DNA from: a virus
Length of the DNA: 64,000 nucleotides
IMG/VR virus record: IMGVR_UViG_3300017774_004344
Span: 27,650 to 91,649 of that record
Strand: one strand, 5' to 3'
This document shows positions 63,829-64,000 of the stretch, in pieces. How positions within the stretch are numbered: position 1 is the first letter of the stretch; every line of letters starts with the position of its first letter. A model generated the notes under the pieces. That model worked only from the letters and a program-made list of their open reading frames with translations, ran no database searches and had not been told where the DNA came from. The translations under genes and the position numbers were made by a program.

Positions 63829-64000
63829 CACTTGTTACCGTGAGAGAGTTTATCACTCACTTCTTACAGTTTCCTGTAAGTTCAGACTATATCATCATCT
63901 TCACCGAAGCAAAGAGTCGGGCGCTCTTGGGACTTTCTTCTGTTCTAGATTACTTGTCCTAGTCGTTGAACGTTCTCTCAATCCCTTGAGAGCTTCGCTG
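63829..64000 (-). ncRNA. Second group I intron in the major capsid gene (3' part; 5' end outside the window)
   Basis: R GUUCAACGACUA (63971-63960), P3' GCGCCCGA, S GAUAUAGUCU (63893-63884), P9 CUUACAG-GAAA-CUGUAAG, terminal G at 63829. Confidence 0.88.

Noticed and set aside
63428-63830. Capsid pseudogene or sequencing error
   Set aside because: The interruptions have group I cores, and precise excision of the complete intron restores the frame.
1-64000. tRNA or rRNA genes
   Set aside because: No cloverleaf or T-loop (GTTCRA) context was found by eye in the short intergenic gaps; tRNAscan-SE would be needed to exclude them fully.

Overview
This is a 64-kb segment of a large, non-T4-like, contractile-tailed cyanophage, with almost every gene on the minus strand. 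The host is cyanobacterial, judged from hli, nblA, speD and phoH. From left to right the window holds: (1) host-takeover and nucleotide genes (hli, speD, thioredoxin-like, group-3 sigma factor, nblA, dCMP deaminase, MazG-like); (2) replication genes (P-loop helicase, SSB-like, 5'-3' and 3'-5' exonucleases, thyX) interleaved with tail genes (tape measure with a C-terminal M15-like peptidase); (3) a large tail-fibre block; (4) a cluster of small putative head-internal proteins flanked by a protein kinase and an HNH nuclease that share a Cys4 N-terminal motif; (5) phoH and two tandem terminase large-subunit paralogs; (6) neck, baseplate and tail-tube genes; (7) the 3' part of the major capsid gene. 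The strongest non-obvious result is that the capsid gene is split by at least two related, compact group IA introns (63523-63761, complete and ORF-less; 63829 to beyond 64000) around a 67-nt micro-exon, and removing the complete intron restores the reading frame. Other highlights are a GGGTAAA (SigF/SigB-like) motif upstream of about 18 mostly structural genes, a second YTTAC-N16/17-TAnnnT promoter class on early genes, a shared C-terminal [SD]L[DE]F tail on DNA-metabolism proteins, and the duplicated terL. All family assignments come from reading motifs by eye; no database searches were run.
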